This document shows positions 32,406 through 45,388 of a stretch of DNA of 64,000 nt, piece by piece. Positions within the stretch are counted from its first letter, which is position 1. Each line of letters opens with the position of its first letter. This stretch comes from Synechococcus sp. GTDB lineage: Bacteria > Cyanobacteriota > Cyanobacteriia > Thermostichales > PCC-7336. The notes beneath the pieces were generated by a model. The model made no database searches, was not told where the DNA came from, and saw nothing but the letters and a program-made list of their open reading frames with translations. A program made the position numbers and the translations under genes. The stretch lies in contig JBFRWN010000124.1 in assembly GCA_051439605.1 (NCBI GenBank), positions 136,366 through 200,365 on the forward strand. The letters are read 5' to 3'.

Positions 32406-32906
32406 CTATCCTCCCAAGAGCTGAATACTGTTATCGATTAAACGAGACTGAAGATCGTCGTCCAATCGTTTGGGCAACTCTTCCTCAACCTTCTCAAGTG
32501 CTTTACGAACAGCCAGCCGACGCAATTGGGTCAAGGCACGATCTTGCTCGGCAGCAATTTCTCGTTCAGCTGCAGCTTTCATCTTGACAACATCATTCTC
32601 GGCTTGGCTGAGAATTTCCGCTTCCATCTGCTTGGCTGTTGTTTCAGCCTGTTCCAAAATAGATTCAGCTTCTTGCTGAGCCCTAGCCAGTTTCTCCTTC
32701 TGTGCCGTAAGCTTCAGAAGTGCATCCTTTTGCTGCTCTTCTGCATCTTTGATGGCTGAAAGGATGACAGATTTACGTTCGCCCAAGATATTGCCGATTA
32801 CGCCTTTGCCCAGATAAATTAGCAAACCGAGAACAACCAAAATATTTAAAAGGTTGCTACCGAGAATGTCAAAATCAATACCAAATCCGCCAGATGAGGC
32901 AAACAT
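32406..32906 (-). CDS. atpF: ATP synthase F0 subunit b
   Basis: GFGIDFDILGSNLLN TM followed by coiled coil; operon position. Confidence 0.93.
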   Translation of the reverse strand: MFASSGGFGIDFDILGSNLLNILVVLGLLIYLGKGVIGNILGERKSVILSAIKDAEEQQKDALLKLTAQKEKLARAQQEAESILEQAETTAKQMEAEILSQAENDVVKMKAAAEREIAAEQDRALTQLRRLAVRKALEKVEEELPKRLDDDLQSRLIDNSIQLLGG

Positions 32907-32937
32907 CTTTTTTGAGTCTCCTTATAACAGAGTCGCC

Positions 32938-33414
32938 CTAAACGGCGCCCAAAAGCTTAGTTGCAATTTGGTCACTCAAACGAGAGATTTCATCGTTTAA
33001 GGACTGTTGAGCCGCCGCCCTATCCTGCTCTACCTCTTGACGGGCTTTTTCAACGTTGGTTTGGGCTATCTGCTGTGCTTCAATCACTTTACGATTACGG
33101 ATATCGTTTGCAGCAGCCTGAGCATCGGCAATGATGGTCTGAGACTTAATACGAGTTTGAACAAGCTCTTGCTTGTAATGTTCGGCTAAGGCTTCAGACT
33201 CTGCCAGTTTCACTTTTGCATCTGCAAGAGTGCTCCTAACGTAATCGTTGCGATTGTCGATTGCTTTAGTCAAAGGGCCAAAGAACAATCCTTTAAGTAC
33301 CGTCATCAGGAGCAGAAATTCGATCACAATGATAGGCAGCGTTGCGTCGAAACCAAATAGACTTGCTTTCTGTTCGACAGTCTCTGCAGCAACGATTAAA
33401 GACCAATGAATCAT
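32938..33414 (-). CDS. atpF2: ATP synthase F0 subunit b'
   Basis: LFGFDATLPII..FLLLM..PL.KAIDNR; operon position. Confidence 0.92.
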   Translation of the reverse strand: MIHWSLIVAAETVEQKASLFGFDATLPIIVIEFLLLMTVLKGLFFGPLTKAIDNRNDYVRSTLADAKVKLAESEALAEHYKQELVQTRIKSQTIIADAQAAANDIRNRKVIEAQQIAQTNVEKARQEVEQDRAAAQQSLNDEISRLSDQIATKLLGAV

Positions 33415-33507
33415 GATTTCCCAAGAGCACTATATATATCAAAAGCAGTGGTACCCAGAAGTTGATGAGATTTGTTCAACAACCGAGTACCACGCGTCTG
33501 GTTCGAA

Positions 33508-33816
<309 letters not shown>

Positions 33817-33917
33817 TTAGCGACTTTATGACTAACAAACTTATGGAGAGAGAAAAATGAATTGGCGAGCTAAATACTGAGCCTATCCATATCATTTGGC
33901 TAAGAGATTTACGATAA

Positions 33918-34664
33918 TTAGTCGTGGTCTCCGCCATGCCCCTCAAGCGCCTCACCAATATAATTGGCACTAAGCGTTGCAAAAATCAATGCCTGGATCG
34001 CCCCCGTGAACAGGAAGAGAATCATTAGCGGTACAGGGATAACCAGAGGTACCAGCAGAACAATTACTGCAACAACAAGCTCCTCAGCCAAAATATTTCC
34101 AAATAGACGGAAACTGAGGGAAAGAGGCTTGGTAAGGTCTTCCAAAATGTTGATGGGAAGCAGGATGGGCGTTGGTTCTACATATTTTTTGAAGTAACCA
34201 AAGCCCTTCTTGCGCAGACCGGCGTAAAAGTACGTCACGCTGGTAAGTAGTGCAAGCCCCAGGGTTGTATTGATGTCGTTAGTGGGTGACGCTAACTCGC
34301 CTTCGGGCAGGGTAATGATCTTCCAAGGAAAAAGATTACCCATCCAGTTGGATACGAAGATAAACAGGAAAAGGGTACCTATGTAGGGAACCCAGGGTCT
34401 GAATTCCTTCTCTCCGATCTGGCTTTTCGCCATTCCCTCAATAAACTCTAGAATGTATTCTAGAAAGTTTTGAGGTCCAGTCGGAACGCGATCAACGGTA
34501 CGAGTTCCCCATACGACCAGCCCGAGAATAATGGCGATTGCAATCCAACTGCCAATCAAGACTTGGCCGTGGATAGAGTAGTTGCCGATATGCCAATAAA
34601 GGTGGTAGCCAACTTCCAGCTCGGCAAAGGGCAGGAGGTTGGGCTGGATTAGTGAATCGATCAT
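33918..34664 (-). CDS. atpB: ATP synthase F0 subunit a
   Basis: [34 protein letters not shown]. Confidence 0.97.
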   Translation of the reverse strand: MIDSLIQPNLLPFAELEVGYHLYWHIGNYSIHGQVLIGSWIAIAIILGLVVWGTRTVDRVPTGPQNFLEYILEFIEGMAKSQIGEKEFRPWVPYIGTLFLFIFVSNWMGNLFPWKIITLPEGELASPTNDINTTLGLALLTSVTYFYAGLRKKGFGYFKKYVEPTPILLPINILEDLTKPLSLSFRLFGNILAEELVVAVIVLLVPLVIPVPLMILFLFTGAIQALIFATLSANYIGEALEGHGGDHD

Positions 34665-35131
34665 GGAACCTCGGTCTTCCGAGTCGGAACCAGCGTTTGA
34701 AAGGCGTAAACAAACAGAGCTGCTTTATAGGTCATAAACCCTAAGAAGATAGGCAGTATCTCTAAAGAGTCGACCTGACTAGCGACAATGATGAGAGCTG
34801 CAAATAATCCCAGACGCGAAGCACTTCCGGTACTTCTACTTGCAGGCCCCAATCGGCCTACCCCCCGACCCAACATCCGAAGATATGCCAGTCCAACAAG
34901 AGAGCCAATTGCGTAATTCATCACGACATTAATGGGATAAAACCACACAATTGTGAAAGCAATCACCAAACTAGAAATCAGTGTGGTAACTAGTAAACGC
35001 TGTCGAAACTTGTCGTACTCCCCAGAGACATCTACCTGCTTAGCAGATGAAGTGTCAATATCTGAGCCGTCTGAGTCAGATTCTCCGGCAACCCGAGATG
35101 AATCGTTAGCCACAGAATCAGGATGACTCAT
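34661..35131 (-). CDS. atpI: ATP synthase protein I (Atp1)
   Basis: 4-TM protein with YLRML and [11 protein letters not shown], overlapping the start of subunit a. Confidence 0.9.
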   Translation of the reverse strand: MSHPDSVANDSSRVAGESDSDGSDIDTSSAKQVDVSGEYDKFRQRLLVTTLISSLVIAFTIVWFYPINVVMNYAIGSLVGLAYLRMLGRGVGRLGPASRSTGSASRLGLFAALIIVASQVDSLEILPIFLGFMTYKAALFVYAFQTLVPTRKTEVP

Positions 35132-35500
35132 ACCAGCAGATCTTTTGATATCGAGGATAAGGTTTATATAGAAGCAATGAAGTTCTACAAAAGCCTGTTA
35201 GTTTAAATGGCCAAGGAGCAAAAAAATGCTTTGTATGACCGCCTCTTAACATATCACAATAAGCATAATTGCTTATTGATTTTATGCGGTGCAGTTAGAC
35301 CGGCAAGGAAAATACACATTGAACGAAAGTTAATCGCTCAAATGCTTCAAGTCCTTGCTGAGTCTGGAAAGAAGCTAACTAAATGCTTCTCATCATTAGG
35401 AGTTTATCATCAAGAGGGATCGCAAAACGGCAGGATTGGAAGTTTTCTTTAGGGAAAACAGACCCCTTTTGGAACCACAAAAACCGATAAGGCGTATAAA

Positions 35501-36733
35501 CTAACTCGGCTCGAGTAAGATGACCTGTTTCTTCTGCAAGTCTCCGAGTTCTGCCATTGATGGGGCCTCGGAAAGTTGGCTGCAGAGTTGAGCAATGGTT
35601 TGAGTGCCGTCTGCCATCTCCAGAAGATGGTATGCCTCAGTGGATAGCTTGACAGGCTCAAATGCGTAATTCAGTAGAGATTTTCCAGGCCAATACCAAA
35701 GGCAGGGGCTGCGATGTGCGATCGCTGAGGGGAGAGTTTCCCGCGTCCACTCCACCTTGGGTATAGGAGGGTTCGCCAAATAAAATTCATAGTGTGCAAT
35801 TGCCGGATCGAGGAGTTCAATCAGGCGATACTGTTGAGCCTGCTCTAACTGCAGTGCCTGTTCGAGGAGCTGAGGATTTCCAGAGAGCAAGCGTTTTAAA
35901 TTCCAAAATTGCTGGTTGGAGAAATTGATGAACTCCAATCCTGAAGTCTTAATCCAGTCAAATAGGGTGTTGCAGTTGTAGTCGACCTCTTGGGGATGCA
36001 GGTACATGTCGGCGAAATTCTCGTCCGCGCGATTCTCGGCTGCCCAGCGCTCTCGTTCCTGCTGCACAATTCGATTGGTCTCGGGCAATGTCTCAAATAA
36101 CTGCCGACCGGCTTTTAGGGCCACCTGCAATTGCTCTACGGATTCTATCGGCTGCGTCTCATTCTTTCCCACTAAGAGGCGCAATGCCTTTTGCATAAGG
36201 CTAATTTCCCATCGTCCTAGCTCGCTGTAAACGAAGACATGCATGATGCCTCCAGGGGCCAACTTATCCGCCAAGGCTTTCAACCCTGCTGTTGGATTGG
36301 GGAGGTGGTGGAGAACCCCCACGCAGTTGATGAAGTCAAAAAGGCCAGGTAGGCGATCGACGTCATATAGACTCAGGTGACGAAATTCGACGGGGGGGGC
36401 TTCAGATTGCCTGCACCGTTCCTGCGCAACCTCAAGAGCTTTGCTGCTCAAATCAATAGCCCACTTCTCTGCCGTTGGGTTTTGGTGGGCAATATATTCG
36501 GTACCGCATCCCGAACCACATCCTGCATCCAGAATGCGGGGATTCTTCAATTTGGGATAGGAACCGGTGCAAAAGGAATAAGCTTGGGGCCAACTCCATC
36601 GCCAATTAAATCCAGGGGGATCTTCACCAGCAATCGGTTCACCAGGGAAGGGAAAGCTGTCATATAGACTTTGAACCCTGGCAGTGATGCGATCGGCGTC
36701 GTTCGTAGAAAGGTGCGATTGTGAGTCAGACAT
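35501..36733 (-). CDS. Class I SAM-dependent methyltransferase
   Basis: ILDAGCGSG, FDFINCVGVLHHL, FADMYLHPQE. Confidence 0.9.
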   Translation of the reverse strand: MSDSQSHLSTNDADRITARVQSLYDSFPFPGEPIAGEDPPGFNWRWSWPQAYSFCTGSYPKLKNPRILDAGCGSGCGTEYIAHQNPTAEKWAIDLSSKALEVAQERCRQSEAPPVEFRHLSLYDVDRLPGLFDFINCVGVLHHLPNPTAGLKALADKLAPGGIMHVFVYSELGRWEISLMQKALRLLVGKNETQPIESVEQLQVALKAGRQLFETLPETNRIVQQERERWAAENRADENFADMYLHPQEVDYNCNTLFDWIKTSGLEFINFSNQQFWNLKRLLSGNPQLLEQALQLEQAQQYRLIELLDPAIAHYEFYLANPPIPKVEWTRETLPSAIAHRSPCLWYWPGKSLLNYAFEPVKLSTEAYHLLEMADGTQTIAQLCSQLSEAPSMAELGDLQKKQVILLEPS

Positions 36734-36949
36734 TTGAATTGGGATTGTTAAACAGGCTCTGCCTCATTCGAGCAGTAGCAGACTGAACTGTATCTTGTCT
36801 GAGGACCTAGCAAATAGATCCCTTAACGATTTGAGAAATACAGATTGACTGCAAAATTCATCGCGAGAGCCTGCCCCAGCAGCCTTGACCAGAATCGGCA
36901 GCCCGATTTGCCCTTCTTTGTACTACATTCCGATCGATCTCCTAAGCGA

Positions 36950-37684
36950 TCAACCTCCGTTGGGATTGTAAGGGGTCTCGACAAAGCCCAACTCATACAG
37001 CTGGTTATAAGCCCGTTGCCCCAAGTCTCGAGTGGGATTCTGGCTGGATATGACTTGGATTAACTGGGCTACAGCATCCTCCGGTCGACCAGCAGCTCGG
37101 TATACAACGGCTAGCTCGAAAGATGTTTCATCGCGAGACTGGGCGGCTGCTCGGGCGGCATTACGTAGACTATCTGAAATGCGATTGTCTATACCTGCAA
37201 AGCTTTTAGACAGTTCTTGGTAGTAGTTAGAGCGCAAATTAAATGCGTTAAAGGCTTCTTCTAACAGACCGATCGCTTGGTCAAAATTTTGAGCTGCAAT
37301 AGCAGAGCGGCTTTGAGCAAGCAGCTCTTCTGCCCTTAAGAGACTCAGGCTGCTATCTGCCTGTTCCAGGGATCTAAACTGTTGAGGATCGGGGATTTCT
37401 GTTCCAGTTCGAGTGGGGGCGTCCTCTTCGGTGGGGACGTTCTCTCCTATGGGGGCGTTCTCTTCAGTGTCAGTTGGGACATCCTCTGATTGGGCAACGA
37501 TCGTATTAGGATTGCGAGACATTTGCCAAGGTTCTGCGGTTACCGAAGGGAGCATCAACCCGGACCCAATCGCGACTATCGCTGCTAGGCCTGCAGAGTA
37601 AAAGAGCGCAAAAGGTAAGGACAGCCGATGGCGAATGGATTCACTAGCCGCAAGACTCGTCTTCAGCAAAGGCATATTGGACAC
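36950..37684 (-). CDS. Exported/TM-anchored TPR-like hypothetical protein
   Basis: N-terminal hydrophobic segment, acidic linker, helical C-terminus ending AYNQLYELGFVETPY; start uncertain. Confidence 0.7.
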   Translation of the reverse strand: MSNMPLLKTSLAASESIRHRLSLPFALFYSAGLAAIVAIGSGLMLPSVTAEPWQMSRNPNTIVAQSEDVPTDTEENAPIGENVPTEEDAPTRTGTEIPDPQQFRSLEQADSSLSLLRAEELLAQSRSAIAAQNFDQAIGLLEEAFNAFNLRSNYYQELSKSFAGIDNRISDSLRNAARAAAQSRDETSFELAVVYRAAGRPEDAVAQLIQVISSQNPTRDLGQRAYNQLYELGFVETPYNPNGG

Positions 37685-38089
37685 TCCAACACAGTGGACA
37701 GTAGATAATTATGGCACCTGGCAACAGCTCGCTTCGCGTCGTCCATGCTTGATGAATCAAACTACTGAAATGGAAGCGGCAAGGCTTGAGCCCCTTGGAG
37801 CTGGATTCAAAATTAAGGCTTATTCACGCACAAGGTATCGTATCACCCAGGAGAGTGCTGTAGGGTTGAGGCTCTCTCGAATACTGTTTTGTAACGTTCG
37901 TCAGTTCACTAAAAAAGGCAGAGACTTATGGCTCGCGAATAATATTCAAGGGCTGAACGACTGCGATGGCTTTTCCTTACACTTCTATAGACTTGTTTCC
38001 ATTTCAACTGGAACATCTAGCTTTGTAAACGATAAGGGTTTCGCGACTTGAAAGGTTCCAAGTGACTTGACGGTCGTCAGAACACCAAA

Positions 38090-38111
38090 CGCCGAGGCAA
38101 TTGCCTCGGCG
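38090..38111. terminator. Palindromic stem-loop downstream of groEL
   Basis: Perfect 22-bp palindrome CGCCGAGGCAATTGCCTCGGCG. Confidence 0.6.
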
Positions 38112-38253
38112 AATGTTTGTCTAATCCAATCCAACAATGTGAACCGGATAGCTGCTGAATCAGAACACAGGTCCGATTCAGTAAGAAGCAGGAATGAGAT
38201 CGGGAACTATGACCTGTGCTGACCCCCAAGCATCTTGTTCACGGAGAATAGGA

Positions 38254-39942
<1,689 letters not shown>

Positions 39943-40088
39943 TCAATGTTTTTGGGTCGTTAGTTCGCAGTGTGGAAATCCCTTTGGCTCGCGTGCTGGC
40001 CATTTGAGCTGGAGCTGGAACGCCCGAATACCGCTTGCGTTGCGTTGGGATTTTCATTCCTTAGACTGACTATCACTGGTGATGTCAA

Positions 40089-40400
40089 CTACTCGACAAT
40101 TGCCAGAATGTCTTTCTCGGCCAGCAAAATGTGTTCGTCTCCAGCCAGTTTGAGCTCGGTGCCTGCATACTTGCCGTACAGCACCTTGCTACCCACTGCA
40201 ACCTCAGGGGCTACGCGATCGCCCTTATCGTTGACATGGCCGGGGCCAACGGCAACCACTTCACCCACTTGGGGTTTTTCCTTGGCGGAATCGGGCAACA
40301 AAATACCGCCTGCAGTCTTTTCCTCTTGGGAGGCAACTTTCAAGAGTACGCGATCGCCCAAGGGCTTGAGGGTGGTGGTGGACAAACTCAGACTAGCCAT
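40089..40400 (-). CDS. groES: Co-chaperonin GroES
   Basis: [29 protein letters not shown]; start ATG 40400 (103 aa). Confidence 0.97.
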   Translation of the reverse strand: MASLSLSTTTLKPLGDRVLLKVASQEEKTAGGILLPDSAKEKPQVGEVVAVGPGHVNDKGDRVAPEVAVGSKVLYGKYAGTELKLAGDEHILLAEKDILAIVE

Positions 40401-40467
40401 ACCAGCAGTGTTTCCTATTATGGTGAGATGTCTTTGAAAAATGACGTTTGCAGAAGATAACTCGGGG

Positions 40468-40494
40468 TTAGCACTCTCCTGCTTCGAGTGCCAA
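40468..40494. promoter_or_regulatory. CIRCE element (HrcA operator)
   Basis: TTAGCACTC-N9-GAGTGCCAA, one mismatch to consensus, upstream of groES. Confidence 0.93.
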
Positions 40495-40521
40495 TCGTAC
40501 CCCACCCAACTCCCCCTTCAA
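40494..40521 (-). promoter_or_regulatory. sigma70-type groES promoter
   Basis: Minus strand TTGAAG-N16-TACGAT abutting CIRCE. Confidence 0.6.
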
Positions 40522-40534
40522 CCGGCCAAAAGGG

Positions 40535-40550
40535 GTAGGGATATCCGTCC
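40535..40550 (-). promoter_or_regulatory. K-box-like element
   Basis: Minus strand GGACGG-ATAT-CCCTAC versus the K-box consensus GTTCGG-NNAN-CCNNAC, just upstream of the -35. Confidence 0.5.
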
Positions 40551-40724
40551 GAGTCTCCCAATCGCAGAGGTTGACCTAACTCGTTGGGGGACTTCAACAT
40601 CCATTCGAGAGGCAGTTCTTTACTTCTGTTGTTACGGCACAAGTTAAGGTCGGTTGCACAACACCAACGACTGGAGGGAGAGGTGCTACGGTTGGATCGG
40701 CTTCAGCCGGTAATGGAGAGGTGC

Positions 40725-41639
40725 ATGTTTGAGCGCGTACTGGTGGCGACTGACCTAGAAGATGGCATGTATCGTCTGGGTTTGTGCCTGAAGGATTTTC
40801 ACGACCATGGGGTAAAGAAGCTGAGCTTTGTTCATGCCGTTCCTTGGGGCGATCGCCAAATGGGAGGGGTGCCCGATTCGCTAGATGATGAAATTGCGGC
40901 AGCCAGAGCCATCATCTCGAAATATATCGATCCTAAAGAGACTGAAAAGACGCTCGATCCCAAGATAATTGTCAAGGTTGGTAAGCCAGAGGAAGTGCTG
41001 CAACGGGCGATCGAGGAATTGAATGCAGAAGTATTGGTGCTCGGTCCCCCTGGCCGCAGCCTCTTAGCAGAGAAAGTGTTTGGCAGCACCACTATGAAGC
41101 TGATTCAACACCTAAAGATTCCAGTTTTAATTATGCGGCCCCAACTGGTGGCCAGCATGACAGTAGCAGAGCTGAAGCTTCGATGTGGTCACCTATTTGA
41201 TTACTTGCTAGTGCCCTGCGATTTGGAAAGCTCTAGGCAGAGACTTTTAGATATGTTATCGCCAATGCTGTGCAGGCAAACCCGCTGCGAATCGGTGATG
41301 CTGATGTCGGTGGTTGATGACTCCAGTCGCCGCTACACGGAGGAGGATACAGAAGAACTGTGTAAAGCAGCTGACGCTCAATTGCGGGAATTGGGGGTGT
41401 ATTTCACCGAGCAGGTGGGCCATCCCCTCTCCATCGAGTATTCAGTGCGCGTAGGGTCGCCAGTGAAAGAGATTTTGGCAACAGCTCAGGAGGAAGACAT
41501 CACGGCGATCGCCACCAGTTCCACCAATATTGGCAAAATTTGGGAATTGACAGTACCGAGTATTACGGGTGAAATACTCCGTCGCAGCTGGCACTCTGTA
41601 CTCTTTTTCCCACCGGCGTTTGGTAAAGCCTCAGATTAA
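40725..41639 (+). CDS. Universal stress protein, tandem Usp domains
   Basis: MFERVLVATD, GKPEEVL, VFGSTT..IPVLI; second domain GSPVKEIL..SITGEILRRSWHSVL. Confidence 0.9.
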   Translation: MFERVLVATDLEDGMYRLGLCLKDFHDHGVKKLSFVHAVPWGDRQMGGVPDSLDDEIAAARAIISKYIDPKETEKTLDPKIIVKVGKPEEVLQRAIEELNAEVLVLGPPGRSLLAEKVFGSTTMKLIQHLKIPVLIMRPQLVASMTVAELKLRCGHLFDYLLVPCDLESSRQRLLDMLSPMLCRQTRCESVMLMSVVDDSSRRYTEEDTEELCKAADAQLRELGVYFTEQVGHPLSIEYSVRVGSPVKEILATAQEEDITAIATSSTNIGKIWELTVPSITGEILRRSWHSVLFFPPAFGKASD

Positions 41640-41783
41640 GGGAGTTGAGGGGCAGTCTTGGTCCGCAGTTCTTTGGGAGTATGCTGTTTCGTTGGGCGGA
41701 AGGCTGGTGTTTTCTGCGCCTTCAAGTCAACAATGGCTATTGAGGGGATATTGCCTTGAACGGAGGCCCACGCCTTCCAATTT

Positions 41784-43532
41784 ATGTCTGTCACAGTTGC
41801 AATTCGAGACTTTACAACGGGTGGATGGGTTCATTTCCCCACAGACCCCCACATTATTCGCGCAGACCGTCTAGTGGACGTTCTACCAGCGCTGAAAGAC
41901 GTTGAAAGGCTTATCCAACACGAACGCCTCTTTGCTGTTGGGTTCGTGAGCTACGAGGCATCGTCCGCTTTTGACGAGGTCTTGACTACCAAGGCACCAG
42001 CTCCATCATTTCCCCTTCTCTATTTCGCCCTCTGCGATCGCCTCACCCCCCTGGACTGGCCCGAACAAGTCGAAGAGCAAAGTCAACCCTCCGCTTATCG
42101 GCTCACCCCATGGCAGGTAGATGTGCCAAAGAGGCAGTTTCAGGAGGCGATCGCTCGAATTAAGCAGTACATCCTGCAGGGGGATACGTATCAAGTCAAC
42201 TACACCTTTCGGCTGCGGTCACAGTTTGAAGGGGATACTTGGGCATTGTTTCGGGACTTAGTGGCAGCCCAGAACACCCCCTATTGCACCTACATCGAGG
42301 CTGAGGACTTTGCCGTTTGCTCAGCCTCTCCCGAACTATTTTTTAAACAGGTGGGCGATCGCATTGAGCTGCGGCCCATGAAGGGGACTGTGGCGAGAGG
42401 GAGAACGCTGGAAGAGGATCGCGCCCGGCAGCAGTGGCTCTGCCAGTCTCCCAAAGACCAGGCAGAAAACCTCATGATCGTGGACATGATCCGCAACGAT
42501 GTGGGACGTATTGCCGCTGTGGGCAGCGTGCGCGTGCCGAAGCTGTTTGAGATAGAGCGCTATCCCAGCATTCATCAAATGACCTCGACGGTCACAGCTA
42601 CAGTGCGGACTCCGCTAACAGAGACGGTACAGACTTTGTTTCCCTGTGCCTCAATTACGGGTGCCCCTAAGGCTCGAACCATGGAGATTATCACGGAATT
42701 AGAAACCTCCCCCCGCAAACTGTATACGGGCAGCATTGGTCTCATTCATCCGAACGGAGCCATGCAATTCAACGTGGCCATTCGTACGGTGTTGGTGAAT
42801 AAGGTCAAGGGGGAGGCGGAATATGGGGTGGGCAGCGGCATCGTGTGGGATTCCACAAGCGATCGCGAATATGTTGAATGCTTAGAAAAGTCCAAGGTGC
42901 TGACCCATCGGCAGCCTCATTTTGCATTGCTGGAATCGATCTTGTGGGAGCCTGGCAGCGGATACTTTTTGCTAGATGCCCACTTAGACCGCATGAGACA
43001 GTCAGCTGAGTATTTTCAAATCCATCTGGACAGAGTTGGACTCAACGTTCGCCTACAACAGCTGGCGGATACCCTGCACGTTACCTGCAAAGTTCGTGTA
43101 ACGCTTTCAACGGATGGAGTCATCGATGTAACCGTACATCCTCTGGATCCATTGGGGGTTAAGGCCCCAGTCCAGTTGGCAATAGCTCGGCATCCCATTC
43201 GCTCAAACGACAGTTTGTTGTTCCACAAAACCACCCATCGGGACCTGTATCGCAGTAGATTGGCAGAACATCCGCAGGCCCACGATGTCATCCTGTGGAA
43301 CGAGCGGGGAGAGATCACGGAGGGATGCTGGGGAAATATCGCTATCAAGCGAGGAAAAGAATGGATGACACCTCCCGTAGGGTGTGGATTGTTGGCGGGG
43401 GTCTACCGTCAGCATGCGATCGCCTCCGGCAAACTTCAAGAGACGATTATTTCAGTAGACGAGTTGAAACAATGCGATGGTATTGCCTGGTTTAACTCGG
43501 TGCGCAAATGGCACGATGCCATTCTGGGATAG
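41784..43532 (+). CDS. pabB: Aminodeoxychorismate synthase component I fused to ADC lyase (aminotransferase class IV)
   Basis: GDTYQVNYT, SPELFF, PMKGT, AENLMIVDMIRND, SITGAPK; C-terminal HKTTHR, NERGEITEG, CGLLAGV. Confidence 0.92.
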   Translation: MSVTVAIRDFTTGGWVHFPTDPHIIRADRLVDVLPALKDVERLIQHERLFAVGFVSYEASSAFDEVLTTKAPAPSFPLLYFALCDRLTPLDWPEQVEEQSQPSAYRLTPWQVDVPKRQFQEAIARIKQYILQGDTYQVNYTFRLRSQFEGDTWALFRDLVAAQNTPYCTYIEAEDFAVCSASPELFFKQVGDRIELRPMKGTVARGRTLEEDRARQQWLCQSPKDQAENLMIVDMIRNDVGRIAAVGSVRVPKLFEIERYPSIHQMTSTVTATVRTPLTETVQTLFPCASITGAPKARTMEIITELETSPRKLYTGSIGLIHPNGAMQFNVAIRTVLVNKVKGEAEYGVGSGIVWDSTSDREYVECLEKSKVLTHRQPHFALLESILWEPGSGYFLLDAHLDRMRQSAEYFQIHLDRVGLNVRLQQLADTLHVTCKVRVTLSTDGVIDVTVHPLDPLGVKAPVQLAIARHPIRSNDSLLFHKTTHRDLYRSRLAEHPQAHDVILWNERGEITEGCWGNIAIKRGKEWMTPPVGCGLLAGVYRQHAIASGKLQETIISVDELKQCDGIAWFNSVRKWHDAILG

Positions 43533-43586
43533 GCACCAAAAACTGTATACAAAAAAATACAACTAGCCTGCTGGAGAATGATTAAT

Positions 43587-44189
43587 TCATGACATAACCT
43601 GACGAGCTTCAAAAGCTCTGGCCAACGTTACTTCATCCGCATACTCAAGATCGGAACCAATGGGTAACCCAAAGGCTATCCGGGTGACTTTAAGGTTGGG
43701 GTTGATTTCTTTGAGAAAGTCTGCCACCACGTGCATCGTCACTTCCCCTTCTACGCTGGGACTAATCGCCATGACGATTTCTTCCGGTTTGACGGTTGCT
43801 GTGCGTTGGATCAGCTGTCGAACGTTCAGTTGCTCGGCCCCCACACCGTTCATGGGGGAAATCACTCCCCCCAATACGTGGTACTTGCCTTTGAATTCGC
43901 GGGTTTTTTCGATCGCTATCAGATCTCTAGATTCAGCCACAATACAGATTTGTTTGGGGTCTCGCTGAGGTGAACGACAAATTTCGCAGGGATCGTCAGC
44001 GGAAAAATGAAAGCATTGGGAACATTGACCGATCTGCTGTTTGGCATCCAAGAGGGCCTGTGCGAGGGATTCCACCTCTGCTTTTGGTCGATTGAGCAGG
44101 TGTAGGGCAAGACGCTGGGCGGATTTGGGGCCAATCCCGGGTAGTTTTTGCAGCTCTTCAATCAGGCGGGCAAGCGGTCGGGTGTACAT
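43587..44189 (-). CDS. recR: Recombination mediator RecR
   Basis: [14 protein letters not shown]4 zinc finger, [15 protein letters not shown]. Confidence 0.97.
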   Translation of the reverse strand: MYTRPLARLIEELQKLPGIGPKSAQRLALHLLNRPKAEVESLAQALLDAKQQIGQCSQCFHFSADDPCEICRSPQRDPKQICIVAESRDLIAIEKTREFKGKYHVLGGVISPMNGVGAEQLNVRQLIQRTATVKPEEIVMAISPSVEGEVTMHVVADFLKEINPNLKVTRIAFGLPIGSDLEYADEVTLARAFEARQVMS

Positions 44190-44268
44190 ACCGGCAGTGT
44201 GTGAGAGGGAAACTCTGTCGAGTTTTCACCCTACTCTCTAATTCCCCCGATGGGGATAGAGCCAAATG

Positions 44269-44299
44269 AAAACAAAACTCTCCGCATAGGGCGGAGAGT
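44269..44299 (-). terminator. Rho-independent terminator after ybaB
   Basis: Minus strand ACTCTCCGC-cctat-GCGGAGAGT followed by TTTGTTTT. Confidence 0.7.
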
Positions 44300-44335
44300 G
44301 AGGGCAACTGAGTGGAAATTGCGATTGGGTTTGAT

Positions 44336-44668
44336 TTAAAAACCTAGACCGGGGAGATTGCCTAAACCACCGGTTAGCTCCTCCATGCGAGCACGCATCG
44401 TCTCGGTGGATTCACCGTAGGCTTTTTGCATGGCCTCAAAGACGAGAGCCTGCAGCTCTTCAGGAGATTTTTCCATCGCTGCTGGGGCCAGGGTGACGCT
44501 ACGGGGCTCTTGGTTGCCGCTAACCGTGACTTTCACCAAACCATCGCCGGCGTCACCCACAATTTCCATTTCATCCAGCTCAACCTGAAGCTTCTGAGCC
44601 CCTTCCTTCACTTCTTGGGCCTTTTTAAGGGCTTCCTGAATCTTGCCAAAGGGTCCAAATCCTGCCAT
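44336..44668 (-). CDS. ybaB: YbaB/EbfC nucleoid-associated protein
   Basis: AQKLQVELDEMEIVG.AGDGLVKV.VSGNQEP; adjacent to recR. Confidence 0.93.
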   Translation of the reverse strand: MAGFGPFGKIQEALKKAQEVKEGAQKLQVELDEMEIVGDAGDGLVKVTVSGNQEPRSVTLAPAAMEKSPEELQALVFEAMQKAYGESTETMRARMEELTGGLGNLPGLGF

Positions 44669-44813
44669 GGGTAGCCTCTATTCACACAACGATTGGGCAA
44701 AGTCCAGATGTTATTATGCCACCGCCCCATCCGAGAAACTGCATTTTCAAACGAAGAGCTATAGAAAGTGGATGAGATCGACTCGACATTGTGGAGTCGA
44801 AGCCGTATTGTGC

Positions 44814-44996
44814 TTACGACTGCATGACCAACATCAAGAGGCGCAAACCGGTAAAGCAACACAAACCGGAGAGGACGCCCACTGACAAGATTTGCATAAT
44901 CGCAATGTAGATGTCTCGCCGCTCTTGCCCTTGCACTGGCGACGTGCTTGTTCTTGCAGGCTGATAAGAATGACGGCGGAATTTGAGCGAGTGCAT
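44814..44996 (-). CDS. 60-aa small membrane protein, paralog A
   Basis: GAGG SD, ATG 44996; basic N-terminus, C-terminal hydrophobic helix; 46/60 identical to paralog B. Confidence 0.75.
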   Translation of the reverse strand: MHSLKFRRHSYQPARTSTSPVQGQERRDIYIAIMQILSVGVLSGLCCFTGLRLLMLVMQS

Positions 44997-45205
44997 GGGG
45001 TTGACCTCAACATTGCAACAACTCAAGCATTCCCCTCTCGAAGACTTAAATTCAAAGAAAAACCTCTTCTCCACCTCCAGCGAAATGGGACGCTACCAAC
45101 TCATTCACAGGTAACTCGTTGAGAAGGGGGGTCGATTGAGGAGTGGTCAAAAAGGGGGACGTCTGAGGATGCGTACAGTTGTAGCGGTACCATGACAGGC
45201 TGAAT

Positions 45206-45388
45206 TTACGACTGCATGACTAACATCATGAGGAGTGAACCGGTAAAGCAACACAAACCGGAGAGGACGCCCACTGACAAGATTTGCGTAATGGCAATGT
45301 GGGTGTCTCGCCGCTCTTGGACTTGCGCTGGTGAAGTGGTGATATTTGCCGACTGGTACGAGCGGCGACGGAATTTGAGCGCGTGCAT
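45206..45388 (-). CDS. 60-aa small membrane protein, paralog B
   Basis: GAGG SD, ATG 45388; same length as paralog A, with 8 synonymous codon differences and no indels. Confidence 0.75.
   Translation of the reverse strand: MHALKFRRRSYQSANITTSPAQVQERRDTHIAITQILSVGVLSGLCCFTGSLLMMLVMQS

Noticed and set aside
37635..38051. 138-aa + strand ORF downstream of groEL
   Set aside because: No motif, overlaps the start of the opposite-strand gene, composition looks non-coding
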